Below the pieces are notes generated by a model that was not told the origin of the DNA, searched no databases, and worked only from the letters and a program-made list of their open reading frames with translations. This document shows, in pieces, positions 10,712-20,719 of a stretch of 64,000 nucleotides of DNA (positions are counted from its first letter, which is position 1; each line of letters begins with the position of its first letter). The stretch comes from Candidatus Latescibacterota bacterium (lineage in GTDB: Bacteria; Latescibacterota; UBA2968; UBA8231): positions 5,440,001 to 5,504,000 of the forward strand of contig CBDETK010000013.1 in the NCBI GenBank assembly GCA_965242865.1, read 5' to 3'. The position numbers and the translations under genes are program-made.

Positions 10712-12661
10712 TCAGCCCCAGAATATCACGTTCCAAGTCATGCCGGTGAAGTGATCGATGATCAGATAGAAGCCTCCGGGCGTGAAGTAGCCGAGGATCA
10801 TCCCCATGAAAAAGGGCCGCGTCTTGAGGTAGAGCCGCACGCCGCCGTACTTGAGCACGAGGACCTTGACGCCCCAGGCGATGAACATGTTGAACCACAA
10901 GTGGTCCATGATCCAAATCGGCCCGATCACGTAGCCGAGCGGGTGCAGCGGCCACCAGACGTAGAGCCAGCGCGCGACCATCAACCCGGTCATAATGGCC
11001 GCGCCGATCCCCATATTGACCCAGCCCCAGCCGTAGAAGTCGGTTGGCGTGCGGAGGACTTTTTCGATGTAGTTGTAGTTGCCGCCGCTCCAGATCCACA
11101 GGTTGATCGCTCCGTATTTGTGGCTGAGCAGCATCACCATCCACACGGCCGCGCCCACGGCCACGACCAGCGCCAAGACGATGATCCAAAACAGGGGCCG
11201 GCGGTTGCGCCCCAATTCCTCGCCCAGCCGCAGGCTGTTGGCACAGGAGACCATGACGAAGTTGCGCCCGGTAGTCCACAAGAAGGTCGTGGCCAGCACG
11301 ACGAGCCCTTGGGCACCAATGACCGACGACCCCACCGCAGACACCAAAATTCCCGCGGGAACCACCGGCGGGGACCCGTCGGAAAGCCCGCCCTCGGCCA
11401 CCACCCGCGAATAGCCAAAGACGATGACCACGCCTAAGAAGAGAATGGCCAGCCCAAAGACCAGCGGCAGCCCGGCCAGCCACAACCAACCCACTATCGT
11501 CAGGGAAGAGACCGTCAATACGATCAGGGCGGCGCGGTAGGAGAGGATCTCGTCGCTGTCGTCAATGCTTTCGTCTCCTTTGAACGCCTTGCGCCACACG
11601 CCCGTTAGGTGCTTGCGCGCGGTCCAGATGCCGCCCAAAAAGAGCACGAGAATCGCGCCCATCGACTGGTAGGCCAAAAAGGGATCGCGCACGGCGTGAC
11701 CGGCCCCGCCGGTCTCGGTGCTGACCACGCCCAAAATGCCAAAGATGCCGCGCACCGCAAAAGAGAGCAGGTTGAAAAACCACAGGCTAAAGGCGATGTC
11801 GGTTTTGAGAAAGTAGAAGAAGCCGATGATGTTGAAGCGCAGCGCGATATACAAGGCGGCTGTGCGGCGAAAAACCGGCACGTCCATGCGCACGGGATCG
11901 ACGTCTTGGGCGATGGGGACGGTCTCGGGAAAGTAGTTGTACAACCCGTGCAAGGTGCCCCACAGCGCGGGGATGGCAAACCCGGCCCACATGACGGGGT
12001 TTTTGAAAAAGGGGCTTAGCTTTTGCCCGCCTTCGCCTTCCTCGGTCATGGCCAGCGGCACCTGCATCAGCGGATAGATCAGCCGCTCGTGCTCGATCCA
12101 CTGCTTGCGCAAGATCGCCATGAAGGAAATCATCATCAGGAAGAGGGCGCAGATAAAGGGCGTCCACATCCCGATGACGCCGCGCCACACGGCCCAAGGA
12201 ATGGGTTCGTCCCGTCCGCTGCCCTCGTAAAACTTGCGCACGGTCTCCAAGTCGTGGACCATCAGCCAGTCCGGGATGTAAGGATGGATCAGGTCGCGCC
12301 ACTCGTTTTCTGCGGTCGCGTAGTAGAAGGGGTAGCTCAGGGCACTGAGGAACTTGCCGACGAACAGGGTTGGGATCGGCGAGGCCATGACCATCATCAC
12401 ATAGACCACGAGCAGTTCGCGCCGATTGAGTCCTAGGTGCGGGTGGACGAGCTTGAGCAGGGGATTGATAAACAGGGTCAACAGGAAGAGGATGAACACC
12501 GCCCCCGGCATGCTCGTGCCCAGCGCCATAAAGGAGCCGTGTAGATAGAGGGTGCCGTAGGCGGCCCCGGCCGACACGCTAAAGGCCCCGGCGCATCCGA
12601 CCAGCACGGACTTGAGGGTAAAAGCCGGGCCGCCGGCTTCCCGCTCGGGTTTGCTAGGCAT
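10712..12661 (-). CDS. Polytopic membrane protein, DUF6785/DUF6784 putative peptide transporter family
   Basis: 649 aa with many TM helices; LRKQWIEHERLIYPL and WWPLHPLGY motifs. Confidence 0.75.
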   Translation of the reverse strand: MPSKPEREAGGPAFTLKSVLVGCAGAFSVSAGAAYGTLYLHGSFMALGTSMPGAVFILFLLTLFINPLLKLVHPHLGLNRRELLVVYVMMVMASPIPTLFVGKFLSALSYPFYYATAENEWRDLIHPYIPDWLMVHDLETVRKFYEGSGRDEPIPWAVWRGVIGMWTPFICALFLMMISFMAILRKQWIEHERLIYPLMQVPLAMTEEGEGGQKLSPFFKNPVMWAGFAIPALWGTLHGLYNYFPETVPIAQDVDPVRMDVPVFRRTAALYIALRFNIIGFFYFLKTDIAFSLWFFNLLSFAVRGIFGILGVVSTETGGAGHAVRDPFLAYQSMGAILVLFLGGIWTARKHLTGVWRKAFKGDESIDDSDEILSYRAALIVLTVSSLTIVGWLWLAGLPLVFGLAILFLGVVIVFGYSRVVAEGGLSDGSPPVVPAGILVSAVGSSVIGAQGLVVLATTFLWTTGRNFVMVSCANSLRLGEELGRNRRPLFWIIVLALVVAVGAAVWMVMLLSHKYGAINLWIWSGGNYNYIEKVLRTPTDFYGWGWVNMGIGAAIMTGLMVARWLYVWWPLHPLGYVIGPIWIMDHLWFNMFIAWGVKVLVLKYGGVRLYLKTRPFFMGMILGYFTPGGFYLIIDHFTGMTWNVIFWG

Positions 12662-12682
12662 TCGCTCGCTCGCGCCGGAGAG

Positions 12683-13498
12683 TTAGCCGTAAAATTTGGC
12701 GACCAACTCGGCGGGTTTGCCGCGTACCGTGGCCGGGTCCAGCGCGTGGGCGCCAAAGACTACGGGAAAGGGTTGGCCGGTGTCGAGGGTGCGGGTCGCG
12801 GCGTCCATATAGGTCACGCTGAAGGCGCGGCGGGCCGACTCCGTGGCGTTGGTCCCGGAGCGATGGAGCAGGAAATTGTGCAGCAAAATGGCCTCCCCGG
12901 CCTCGGCTTCGAGATCGATTACTGCCTCGGGGGGCGCGTATTGGGCCTCTTGCTCGGCCGGGAGAAAGTGCCGCTCGTTGATGATGCCGTGTTGGTTGCT
13001 GCCCGGCACGATCTGCATGCAGCCCGTAGCAGTGGTCGCGTCGTCGAGGGCCGTCCACACGGTGACGATGGGGTTGGTGTCAATGCCCCAGCCAATCCCG
13101 ACGTCTTGATGCCAAGGCAATTCGCGGCGGAGTTCGGGCGGTTTGTTCATAAACATCGAGCGAAAGACCGAGACGGTCTCGCCGATGTAGCGGCGGGCGA
13201 TTTGGCGGAAGAGGGGGTGCTGGATATAGGCGAGGAAGAGCGGGTCTTGCTCTAGGTCGTCGATGCGCCGGTACGCGAGCGTCCGCACCTCGTTGCCCAT
13301 GGTGCGACGCACTTCGCCGCCTTTTTCGACGACCTGCAAGCGCATATTCTCGTAGCGGACGCGGCCCAGCATGATGTCGTCAATGCGCTGCTGCAAGGCG
13401 GCCAATTCCTCTGCGGACAGGACGTGGCCCAGCCGCACATAGCCTTGGGCGGCAAACTGCTCGCGGTGAACATCGTCAAAAGTGGCAAGGGCTTGCAT
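12683..13498 (-). CDS. Phytanoyl-CoA dioxygenase (PhyH) family Fe(II)/2OG oxygenase
   Basis: PWHQD, VWTALDDAT...GCMQIVPGS, HRSGTN...RR motifs. Confidence 0.9.
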   Translation of the reverse strand: MQALATFDDVHREQFAAQGYVRLGHVLSAEELAALQQRIDDIMLGRVRYENMRLQVVEKGGEVRRTMGNEVRTLAYRRIDDLEQDPLFLAYIQHPLFRQIARRYIGETVSVFRSMFMNKPPELRRELPWHQDVGIGWGIDTNPIVTVWTALDDATTATGCMQIVPGSNQHGIINERHFLPAEQEAQYAPPEAVIDLEAEAGEAILLHNFLLHRSGTNATESARRAFSVTYMDAATRTLDTGQPFPVVFGAHALDPATVRGKPAELVAKFYG

Positions 13499-13595
13499 AA
13501 TGCGATCTCCTTTTGAGGGGGTATATAGAGGTTTATGGGCGATAGTGCTGCAAGCCGCTATTGGCTTCGCGTCCATCCTAGCTTCAAGGGACGGG

Positions 13596-13742
13596 CTACG
13601 TTTTTCGACTGCTTCTTTTTTTTGACGGCGATTTTTTCGGTGGCGGCGGCGGGGGTGGTTTCGGACTCGGCTTAGGCTGCCTCCCGCTTTGGGGTTGACG
13701 CCCTTCTTGCAGAGGTCTATTGCTACCTGTGTTCTTAGCCAT
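13596..13742 (-). CDS. Small Pro/Lys-rich peptide (48 aa)
   Basis: AGGAG RBS before ATG; MAKNTGSNRPLQEGRQPQSGRQPKPSPKPPPPPPPKK; directly downstream of DUF6338-like gene. Confidence 0.55.
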   Translation of the reverse strand: MAKNTGSNRPLQEGRQPQSGRQPKPSPKPPPPPPPKKSPSKKRSSRKT

Positions 13743-13788
13743 AACCGCGACTTCTCCTTTCATACAGAACTGTTTTGTCCGAGCTCGT

Positions 13789-14391
13789 CTAGTGAAAATC
13801 AATTCTATCGATACTGTCGGCCTTTAGCAGCAAGCCTTTTATCCGTTCATCCGGGACAGGCTCCTCTTGCCCTTCTACATACTCGCATACATTGCTGAGG
13901 TATAGGTCGCGCTCGGACGGGTCGGTAGAGGTAAAGCAATCGGAATCGTATAAAGCCACGATCTCCTTGCCGTCCTTCAAGTGAACCGTGATCCATTGCG
14001 ATTGGGCACGCATGAACTTCCAATCCCACGCCGACGGAATGCCGTGAACAGGTTCTAGCCTGATTTTTCGCAAAAGCCAGTACAACCACTCTTTTTGAAT
14101 CCCGTGTCCAACGAAAATCCCGATGACTACGGGGACCAAAACGACAACTACCGCCGACAACCAACTAACGTCCATGTCGCGGATGCGATGAGCTACGTCC
14201 AGTGCCGAACCCCAACCACATAAGGACCATACCACCACGTAATACGCGCTCGATACGGCCAAGCTGGCGGCGAAGGCCGGACGCCCTGTGGTGAAGCGAG
14301 AGATAATAAACAGAATGACATAGCCGGGCGTTAATAGGGCCGCTGTCACCAGCGGCACGATGGAAATGCTGATCGCAAAATCGGTATTCAT
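13789..14391 (-). CDS. DUF6338-like membrane protein
   Basis: N-terminal TM helices with PG; PSAWDWKF, WITVHLKDG, ERDLYL, IDRIDF motifs; lower GC than flanks. Confidence 0.75.
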   Translation of the reverse strand: MNTDFAISISIVPLVTAALLTPGYVILFIISRFTTGRPAFAASLAVSSAYYVVVWSLCGWGSALDVAHRIRDMDVSWLSAVVVVLVPVVIGIFVGHGIQKEWLYWLLRKIRLEPVHGIPSAWDWKFMRAQSQWITVHLKDGKEIVALYDSDCFTSTDPSERDLYLSNVCEYVEGQEEPVPDERIKGLLLKADSIDRIDFH

Positions 14392-14547
14392 TTTGTTTTC
14401 CTCAATAAGCTAGTGCCGAAAACGGCTATCGACATTGCGCGTACGATGCAAGGGGCGGGTCGGCGGCTACCTCTGCTCAACGCCTTGGACGCTCGGTTCT
14501 AAGTATAGAATACACCTTTTGGGCGCGCTTGGGCAACGCCGCCGCGT

Positions 14548-16152
14548 TCAAGGCTCGCGCACGGTCAGGAGCTGATCGGCCGCGACGTCGTGTAAGCGCG
14601 ACACCCGGCCGCTGGGCCAGCGGATTTCCACCTCGTCGGCGCGGGTGCGGTCTCCCAACCCGAAAAAGGGGCGCAGCGCACTTTGGCATAGATAGCTCGA
14701 TCCGGCCCGCACCACGTCATACCGCACTTGGTCGCCGGCCGCCACGCGGACCTCGGCCCCGATGGAGTCCCCGATCAACCGCAAGCTCAAGTAGTGCTGG
14801 GCATTGCCGCCGTCGTTGCGCAAGAGCGCGGCCGCTTGGTTGTTGTTGGCTACTACAATATCGAGATCGCCGTCGTGGTCGTAATCGCCCATGGCCGCGC
14901 CGCGGCTCACTTGCTGCAACCGCAGGCCCGGCCCCACCCGATTGCTCACCTCGGCAAAGCGCCCGTGCCCCTGATTGCGGAAGAGTTGGTTTTGCTGGGC
15001 GTACGTCACCGCGTCGAACAGGTGGATGTTGTCGTCGAGGTGGCCGTTGGCCACAAACAGGTCGCGGTCGCCGTCGTTGTCGTAGTCGATGAAGAGGGTG
15101 CCCCACGCGAGGAACGGCAGGCTGGGAACCCCCAACCCCGCCTGAAAGGTCACGTCGGCGAAAAACCCATTACCGAGGTTGCGGTAGAGGCTGTTGGTCT
15201 CCCACTGGTAGTTGGTGACGAAGAAGTCGAATCGGCCATCGCCGTCGTAGTCGCCCACGTCAACCCCCATGCCGGCCAGCGGCTTGCCCGCGTCGTTGTA
15301 AGCCACCCCGGCCAACGCGCCGACCTCGGCAAAGCGCCCTCCGTCGTTGCGGTAGAGCAAATTGGGGGTGCGGTCGCCGGCCGCGTACAAGTCGAGATCG
15401 CCGTCGCCATCGTAGTCGATAAAAAAGGCCCCGAGTTCCTTGGCGGCCGCTGGGAGCAACCCAACCTCCGCGGTGACATCGGCAAAGGTGGCGTTGCCTT
15501 GGTTGCGATAGAAGACATCGCGCTGGGGTGCAAAGGCCTCCGGCCCGCAGTACACCGCAATCTCACCGGAGCGGACGCAGGGCTGATGGATTTCGGGGCG
15601 GAACGCGGCGTAATTGGCCACGAACAGGTCGAGGTCGCCGTCGCCGTCGTAGTCGGCAAAAGCCGCGCCCGTACTCATCGCCGGGTTGGCTAGGACAGGC
15701 CCGGCCACGCCAGCCGCGTCGGTCGCCTCGGCAAACTCCCCGTCGTTGCGGTAGAGGATGTTGGGGCCGTACGCGGTGATGTACAAGTCCAAGTCGCCGT
15801 CGCCATCGTAGTCGGCCGCAGCCACGCCTAGCCCATAGCCCGAATGGGCCACGCCGGCCGCGTCGGTTGCCTCTGCGAATTGACCGGTGCCCGCGTTGCG
15901 ATAGAGCGCGCCCGGGCCGGCGCTGTTGACGAAGTACAGGTCGAGCCACCCATCGGCATCGTAGTCGAAAAAGGCCGCGCCCGACCCCATGGTCTCCATG
16001 GGGTACTTTTGCCCTTGCGCCCCATTCTGATGGCGAAAGGCGATCCCGACCTCGGCCGCCACCTCCACGAACTGCACCTCGGCGCGGCCCAGCGCGGCCT
16101 GTAGCAGGCCAAAGCAAGCGGCCCCTAAGAGGGCGCGCCGCGTCACGGGCAC
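14548..16152 (-). CDS. CRTAC1-family protein (FG-GAP/VCBS repeats + ASPIC/UnbV)
   Basis: Repeated DYDGDGDLDL..N.LYRN motifs; C-terminal FGLG...VEIRWPSG. Confidence 0.9.
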   Translation of the reverse strand: MPVTRRALLGAACFGLLQAALGRAEVQFVEVAAEVGIAFRHQNGAQGQKYPMETMGSGAAFFDYDADGWLDLYFVNSAGPGALYRNAGTGQFAEATDAAGVAHSGYGLGVAAADYDGDGDLDLYITAYGPNILYRNDGEFAEATDAAGVAGPVLANPAMSTGAAFADYDGDGDLDLFVANYAAFRPEIHQPCVRSGEIAVYCGPEAFAPQRDVFYRNQGNATFADVTAEVGLLPAAAKELGAFFIDYDGDGDLDLYAAGDRTPNLLYRNDGGRFAEVGALAGVAYNDAGKPLAGMGVDVGDYDGDGRFDFFVTNYQWETNSLYRNLGNGFFADVTFQAGLGVPSLPFLAWGTLFIDYDNDGDRDLFVANGHLDDNIHLFDAVTYAQQNQLFRNQGHGRFAEVSNRVGPGLRLQQVSRGAAMGDYDHDGDLDIVVANNNQAAALLRNDGGNAQHYLSLRLIGDSIGAEVRVAAGDQVRYDVVRAGSSYLCQSALRPFFGLGDRTRADEVEIRWPSGRVSRLHDVAADQLLTVREP

Positions 16153-16394
16153 TCGGAGTCCGCGCTGGCTTCGCTGGCCCCGCGCCCGGCGACCATGTTG
16201 CGGATCATCTGCGCCACATCGCCAACGCCCTTGTAGGCCACGGCCGCGACAATGCCGTAAAAGAGGACGCTAGCGACGATAAAAATCGCCTGCCAGACTT
16301 CTCGCCAAGGCATCAGCCTACATTCGACGTAAGCCGCGACCGCGGCGAACAGCAGGGCAAAGCGTACAATGTCTTTCCAGCGTTGGGCTTCCAT
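16143..16394 (-). CDS. Small two-TM membrane protein, likely symporter partner
   Basis: 83 aa hydrophobic ORF immediately downstream of SSS gene. Confidence 0.6.
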   Translation of the reverse strand: MEAQRWKDIVRFALLFAAVAAYVECRLMPWREVWQAIFIVASVLFYGIVAAVAYKGVGDVAQMIRNMVAGRGASEASADSECP

Positions 16395-16400
16395 AAGGGG

Positions 16401-17942
16401 TCACTCCATGTTGCTAAAGTCTAACGGGCGCGGCGGATGCGAGCGCTGGGTGAACGAGGCGACGACCAGCATGGCGAGGCCGCCCAAGACGAGGCTAGTC
16501 AGCCCGACGAGGTTGGAGTTTTCGACCAACGGCAACAAAAACTCGGGGACCAAGTGCTGGTTTTCGGTCATAATTAGAAAGTTGATCGGCACCAGCGCGC
16601 CCAGTATCAGGGCGCAGTACGCCCCCGGGGTATTGGCCTTTTTCCAATACAGCCCCAAGGCCACGGTGCCGACGCAGCCAGAGAAGTAGATGCTGCCGGT
16701 GACGTACATAAAGCGGAAGGCCGTCTCGGGCAGTTGGTAGAGCGCGCCGAAGAGGGCCAAGAAGGCCGCGAGGATGACGACGATGGCCCGGGTCCAGTAG
16801 ATCTCGCGCTCGCTCGACAGCCCGCCCCAAGTGCCATCGGCCTCGCGCCCGCCGCTCGACCGGGCGAGCATGGCCTTGATCGGCGAGACCACGTCGCGGA
16901 CGATGACGCCGCTCCAAGCCAACAGGTAGCTGTCGTGGGTGGACATGAAGGCGGCGAACATCCCGGCCATGAGCAGGCCGGCTAGGCCGATGGGCAGGAT
17001 TTTGCCGAGCATTTCGGGCATGGCGTAGTGGGGGTCGAGCGCGGGGTCGCCAAAATAGGCCAGCGTCGCGATGCCCCAAAACATCGGCACCATGGCCCGC
17101 CCCATGACCGTGGCCGCCGAGATCCAGAACACGCGGCGGGCCACTCTGGGGCTTTCGGCGCTGAGCGGCCGCATCATTTCGGGTTGCCAAACCACGCCGA
17201 CCAAGCCGACGCAGAACAAAAACGAGATCACCGGGAGGCCGTAGTTGGGATTGGCAATCGGGTCGAAGCCGAGGTCGCCTTTGTGGGTCTCAACGGCTTG
17301 GACTATGGTGTCCCAGCCGAGTTGGGGGTGATTGAGAATGATGTACGTGCCAAAGAAAAAACCCAGTGCCAACAACACGAACTGGGCGAAGTCCGTCAGC
17401 ACCACCGAGACCATGCCGCCCATTAGCGTGTAGAAGACGACGATGATCAACATGCCGACCATGACGTAGTTGACGTATTCCCGGTCGAGGCCGGTGAAGC
17501 CGACGATGAACTTGCTGCCGAGGATGGGGAACAGCCCCATGTTGAGGGTGCCGGCGAGGGTGAGGATGATGCCGCCGAGCAGGCGCACGCCGCGGGTGTA
17601 CTTGAGTTCGTAGAACTCGGGCACGGTCATCACCTGCAAGTGGCGCAGGCGGCTGACGATAAAGCCGGTGCGACCAATGATTAGCGTGGTGATCAGCGCC
17701 ATGAGGCCAAAGACAAAGGGCGCGAAGCCGTACTTAAAGCCCTCCTCGGCCATGTACATGACCGTGACCAACCCGAGCCCGGTCGAGACCATCGTGGCGA
17801 CGGCCATGTGGGTTTTGAGGCCGCGGCCGGCGACGAGAAAGTCGGAGATGCCCTTGATGGCACTGCGCGCCAACGTGCCAGCGACGATGGTGCCGCCGAC
17901 GTAAACGAGGACGATGGCGTAATCGATCCAGCTCAGGTGCAT
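16401..17942 (-). CDS. Sodium:solute symporter family protein
   Basis: DFLVAGR, GGMVSVVLTD, AAFMSTHDS, GLYWKKAN motifs. Confidence 0.9.
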   Translation of the reverse strand: MHLSWIDYAIVLVYVGGTIVAGTLARSAIKGISDFLVAGRGLKTHMAVATMVSTGLGLVTVMYMAEEGFKYGFAPFVFGLMALITTLIIGRTGFIVSRLRHLQVMTVPEFYELKYTRGVRLLGGIILTLAGTLNMGLFPILGSKFIVGFTGLDREYVNYVMVGMLIIVVFYTLMGGMVSVVLTDFAQFVLLALGFFFGTYIILNHPQLGWDTIVQAVETHKGDLGFDPIANPNYGLPVISFLFCVGLVGVVWQPEMMRPLSAESPRVARRVFWISAATVMGRAMVPMFWGIATLAYFGDPALDPHYAMPEMLGKILPIGLAGLLMAGMFAAFMSTHDSYLLAWSGVIVRDVVSPIKAMLARSSGGREADGTWGGLSSEREIYWTRAIVVILAAFLALFGALYQLPETAFRFMYVTGSIYFSGCVGTVALGLYWKKANTPGAYCALILGALVPINFLIMTENQHLVPEFLLPLVENSNLVGLTSLVLGGLAMLVVASFTQRSHPPRPLDFSNME

Positions 17943-18066
17943 GCGTACTCCTGTGGGGCGGTGAATGGGCGGGTAGTAACTAATGGTGTTGAAGCGGTTT
18001 CATAACTAGCGTCGGGCCGCCTCAAGGGACATCAACATGGAAAAGACCGTCTCGATGCGGCCCCAG

Positions 18067-19056
18067 TTAGACGCTACGGTTGTAGATCCAGCTAAACTGT
18101 AGCGGCGCGGCGGGCGTTTGCCGGCGCTCGTTGCGCTCGGCTAGCTTGGCGTAGCGCGGCCCGAGCGAGCACAAGTACTCTTGGGCCGCGGCCGCTTCCC
18201 CGGTGAGGCCGGTGAGCGAATCCAACCCCCATTGGCGAACTAGGTGCTGGGTGATTTCGGAGTAATGCTTGGCCGTGTACACCCCGAGCCGCTGGGCCAC
18301 CGTGGAGAAGCGTTCAAAGAGGTTGGGGCCTTGCCCGTCGGTCATCAGGTGAGCGGGCATGACGACTTGGCGTTTCATCAGGTCGCGGAAGGCCAGTATC
18401 GCGCCGTTGGGGTCGAGCTCGAAAATTTTCTTGATAAAGCTGGTGTACGCTTTTTCGTGGCGGGCTTCGTCGCCGGCCACGACGCCGCAGATGGTCTTGA
18501 GGTGCGAATCGCCGGCCCTTTGCGCCAAGCGAGCCACATTGCTGTGGGAGATGCGGGTGGCCCGCTCTTGGAAAGACGTATAGACGAAGCCTTTGTAGGG
18601 ATCTTGGGCGGCCTGCGGGTTGAAGCCATTGCGCAGCAGGTATTGGATCGTCGTCTCGATGGCGCGCATATCGACGCGGCCGGTGAGGAAGAGGTATTTG
18701 TTGAGCAGGTCGCCGTGGCGATTTTCTTCGGCCGTCCAGCCGCGCGACCACTGGGCCCACGCGCTGGCATCCGTGCCGGTGGTGTCCGACACGCCTTCAA
18801 AGCTGTTGAGCAGAGTCTGATAGGTGGGCAGGGCTTCCTCGGTGATCATGTCGCCGACGAGGACGACGAGGACATCGTCGGGAAGTGCTTGGGCGCGGGC
18901 GCGGAACTCGCGGATGGAGTCTTCCCAGTTTTCCGCGCTCATATTGGGGAGAAAATCGTCGGGCTGCCAACTGTCTTCTACGGGTTTGAGCAACTGGAGC
19001 TGGCCTCTGACAAAATCCTCCATGCTCGCAATGACTTCTCTCTTGTGCGGATTCAA
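18067..19056 (-). CDS. Soluble di-iron acyl-ACP desaturase
   Basis: WQPDDFLP, TEEALPTY, WTAEENRHG, SFQERAT, DEARHE motifs. Confidence 0.92.
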   Translation of the reverse strand: MNPHKREVIASMEDFVRGQLQLLKPVEDSWQPDDFLPNMSAENWEDSIREFRARAQALPDDVLVVLVGDMITEEALPTYQTLLNSFEGVSDTTGTDASAWAQWSRGWTAEENRHGDLLNKYLFLTGRVDMRAIETTIQYLLRNGFNPQAAQDPYKGFVYTSFQERATRISHSNVARLAQRAGDSHLKTICGVVAGDEARHEKAYTSFIKKIFELDPNGAILAFRDLMKRQVVMPAHLMTDGQGPNLFERFSTVAQRLGVYTAKHYSEITQHLVRQWGLDSLTGLTGEAAAAQEYLCSLGPRYAKLAERNERRQTPAAPLQFSWIYNRSV

Positions 19057-19393
19057 CGGAGTTTCTCCATCACTGAGTGATTGAAAGATACCCTGACCGG
19101 GTACGCGGGCGGCATGGTTTATACATACAATAATTGAATATAAGACAAAATGAACAAGTTAAGCTATCGCTTCAAGCGGTTTTCCTCGGTAAGCCTTTTG
19201 ATACTAATGTTTTATATATGAAACAAATGGAAGATAATATAAACTTACGCTTTTGGCCCGTCAACGTGCGGCGCGCTACGCGAGCGAGTGGCTGGCGGCC
19301 CCCGCCAAAAGTGGCGAATGCCGCCATGAACCCATGTTCCCCTTAAAACTCTATCTGACTGTCTGCCAATAAGTTGTACCCAGCGCAAAGCCG

Positions 19394-19409
19394 CGGTACG
19401 CCTTTTGCT
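19394..19409 (+). promoter_or_regulatory. Putative sigma54 -24/-12 promoter
   Basis: CGGTACGCCTTTTGCT: GG(19395-6)-N10-GC(19407-8), close to TGGCACG-N4-TTGCW, upstream of pspA-like operon. Confidence 0.55.
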
Positions 19410-19453
19410 AATAAACCGGGTAGTTCCCTTACCCCAACAAGGAGGATACCTCG

Positions 19454-19648
19454 GTGAACAAAGGATTTAGTCGGGAGCAAATCGAGCGCGTAGCGCGGAT
19501 GTACAAATGCAATCAGGACGCCAGCCGGGCGCTGGGGATCACGATCCGCAGCTTTAGCCGGCTCTGCCGCAAATACGATATTGAATCGCCCTTTGCCCGG
19601 CGGCAGCGGCAGTACGGTCGGGCGGCCCAAAGCACCAAGCCCGAATAG
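19454..19648 (+). CDS. Small Fis-like HTH protein
   Basis: AGGAGG RBS; ASRALGITIRSFSRLCRKYDI. Confidence 0.7.
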   Translation: MNKGFSREQIERVARMYKCNQDASRALGITIRSFSRLCRKYDIESPFARRQRQYGRAAQSTKPE

Positions 19649-19661
19649 GAGGAGGCATATC

Positions 19662-20327
19662 ATGGGAGCCATAGAGCGGATCGCCGCCATCTGGAAGGCG
19701 AACCTCAACGAGGTGTTGGACCGGATCGAGGATCCGGCGAAAATGGTGGATCAGATCGTCCGCGACGTAGAGCGCGCCGTTGACCAAGCCGTAGCCGCGC
19801 TAGTCAAGGCGCGCGCCACCAAGCGGCGTCTAGAGCGCGATCTCCAGCGCAACGCCGAGCATATACAGAGGTGGCAAGCAAAGGCCGCGGCCGCAGTAGA
19901 GGCCGGCAACGACGAAAGTGCCCGGCTCGCCTTGATCCAGAAGACGAAGTTGGAGCACGAGCGCGTCGGGCTGGAGCCGGCTCTGGCAGAGCACGGCGAT
20001 ACCGTAGTCCAGCTAGCGGAGCAGGTCGAGAGCTTGCGTCAAAAGCTGCGCGATGTCCGGGCGCGGCGGAGCAAGCTGATCGCCCGCTGTTGCGCCGAGC
20101 GCGACCGCGGTGCCGCCGGCGGAGAAGACGCGACCACGCTCCGTTTTGCCGCGATCTCGCAGCGGGTGCAGCAAAGCGAATGCGAGCTGGCGCGTTTTGA
20201 GGAACAGGTGGATCGGGCCGTTGCTGAGGCCGAAGTGCTGCGCGAACTAGCGGCTGAACGCCGCGCCGAGCGCGACCGCAAGGTCGCAGAGGAACTGGCC
20301 GCGCTAAAAGCGGAAAAGGCATCGTAA
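19662..20327 (+). CDS. pspA: PspA/IM30 family protein
   Basis: ANLNEVLDRIEDPAKMVDQIVRD, AVEAGNDESARLAL, coiled coil, EELAALK terminus. Confidence 0.85.
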   Translation: MGAIERIAAIWKANLNEVLDRIEDPAKMVDQIVRDVERAVDQAVAALVKARATKRRLERDLQRNAEHIQRWQAKAAAAVEAGNDESARLALIQKTKLEHERVGLEPALAEHGDTVVQLAEQVESLRQKLRDVRARRSKLIARCCAERDRGAAGGEDATTLRFAAISQRVQQSECELARFEEQVDRAVAEAEVLRELAAERRAERDRKVAEELAALKAEKAS

Positions 20328-20344
20328 AGGAGAGGAGGTCCGTC

Positions 20345-20719
20345 ATGTTGGCCAGAATACTAGGTGCGATACTGCTCATTGGGGGCGTTGTTTGGTCGAT
20401 CAAGCTAATTTGGCCCGTATTCGGCGGTTTGTTTGGTTTGCTCGGCGCAGTTGTGGTCGGCCTCTTGGCGGCCGGGGCACTCTACGTGGGCCTGCGCTGG
20501 CTGCGCGGCGAGAGCCTCTTGGGCCGGGTTGTCGGGGCCTTGGTCCTACTCGTCGGCGTCGGGCTGGCCTTTAAGGCCGTGTTGAGCTTGGCGTCTAGCG
20601 TCTTTGGGATCGCGTTTTTGCTTTTGCAGGTCGCTTTGGTGCTGGCGATGATCTACGTGGGCTGGCGGTGGCTGGACAACGGCGAGTTTAGCCTGCGAGG
20701 ACGAGGCGACTATATCTAA
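20345..20719 (+). CDS. Four-TM membrane protein with internal duplication
   Basis: Two similar halves (...LYVGLRWL / ...IYVGWRWL); GAGGAGG RBS. Confidence 0.75.
   Translation: MLARILGAILLIGGVVWSIKLIWPVFGGLFGLLGAVVVGLLAAGALYVGLRWLRGESLLGRVVGALVLLVGVGLAFKAVLSLASSVFGIAFLLLQVALVLAMIYVGWRWLDNGEFSLRGRGDYI
20677..20697 (+). repeat. 21-bp direct repeat, left copy
   Basis: CAACGGCGAGTTTAGCCTGCG, identical at 22002-22022. Confidence 0.9.
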
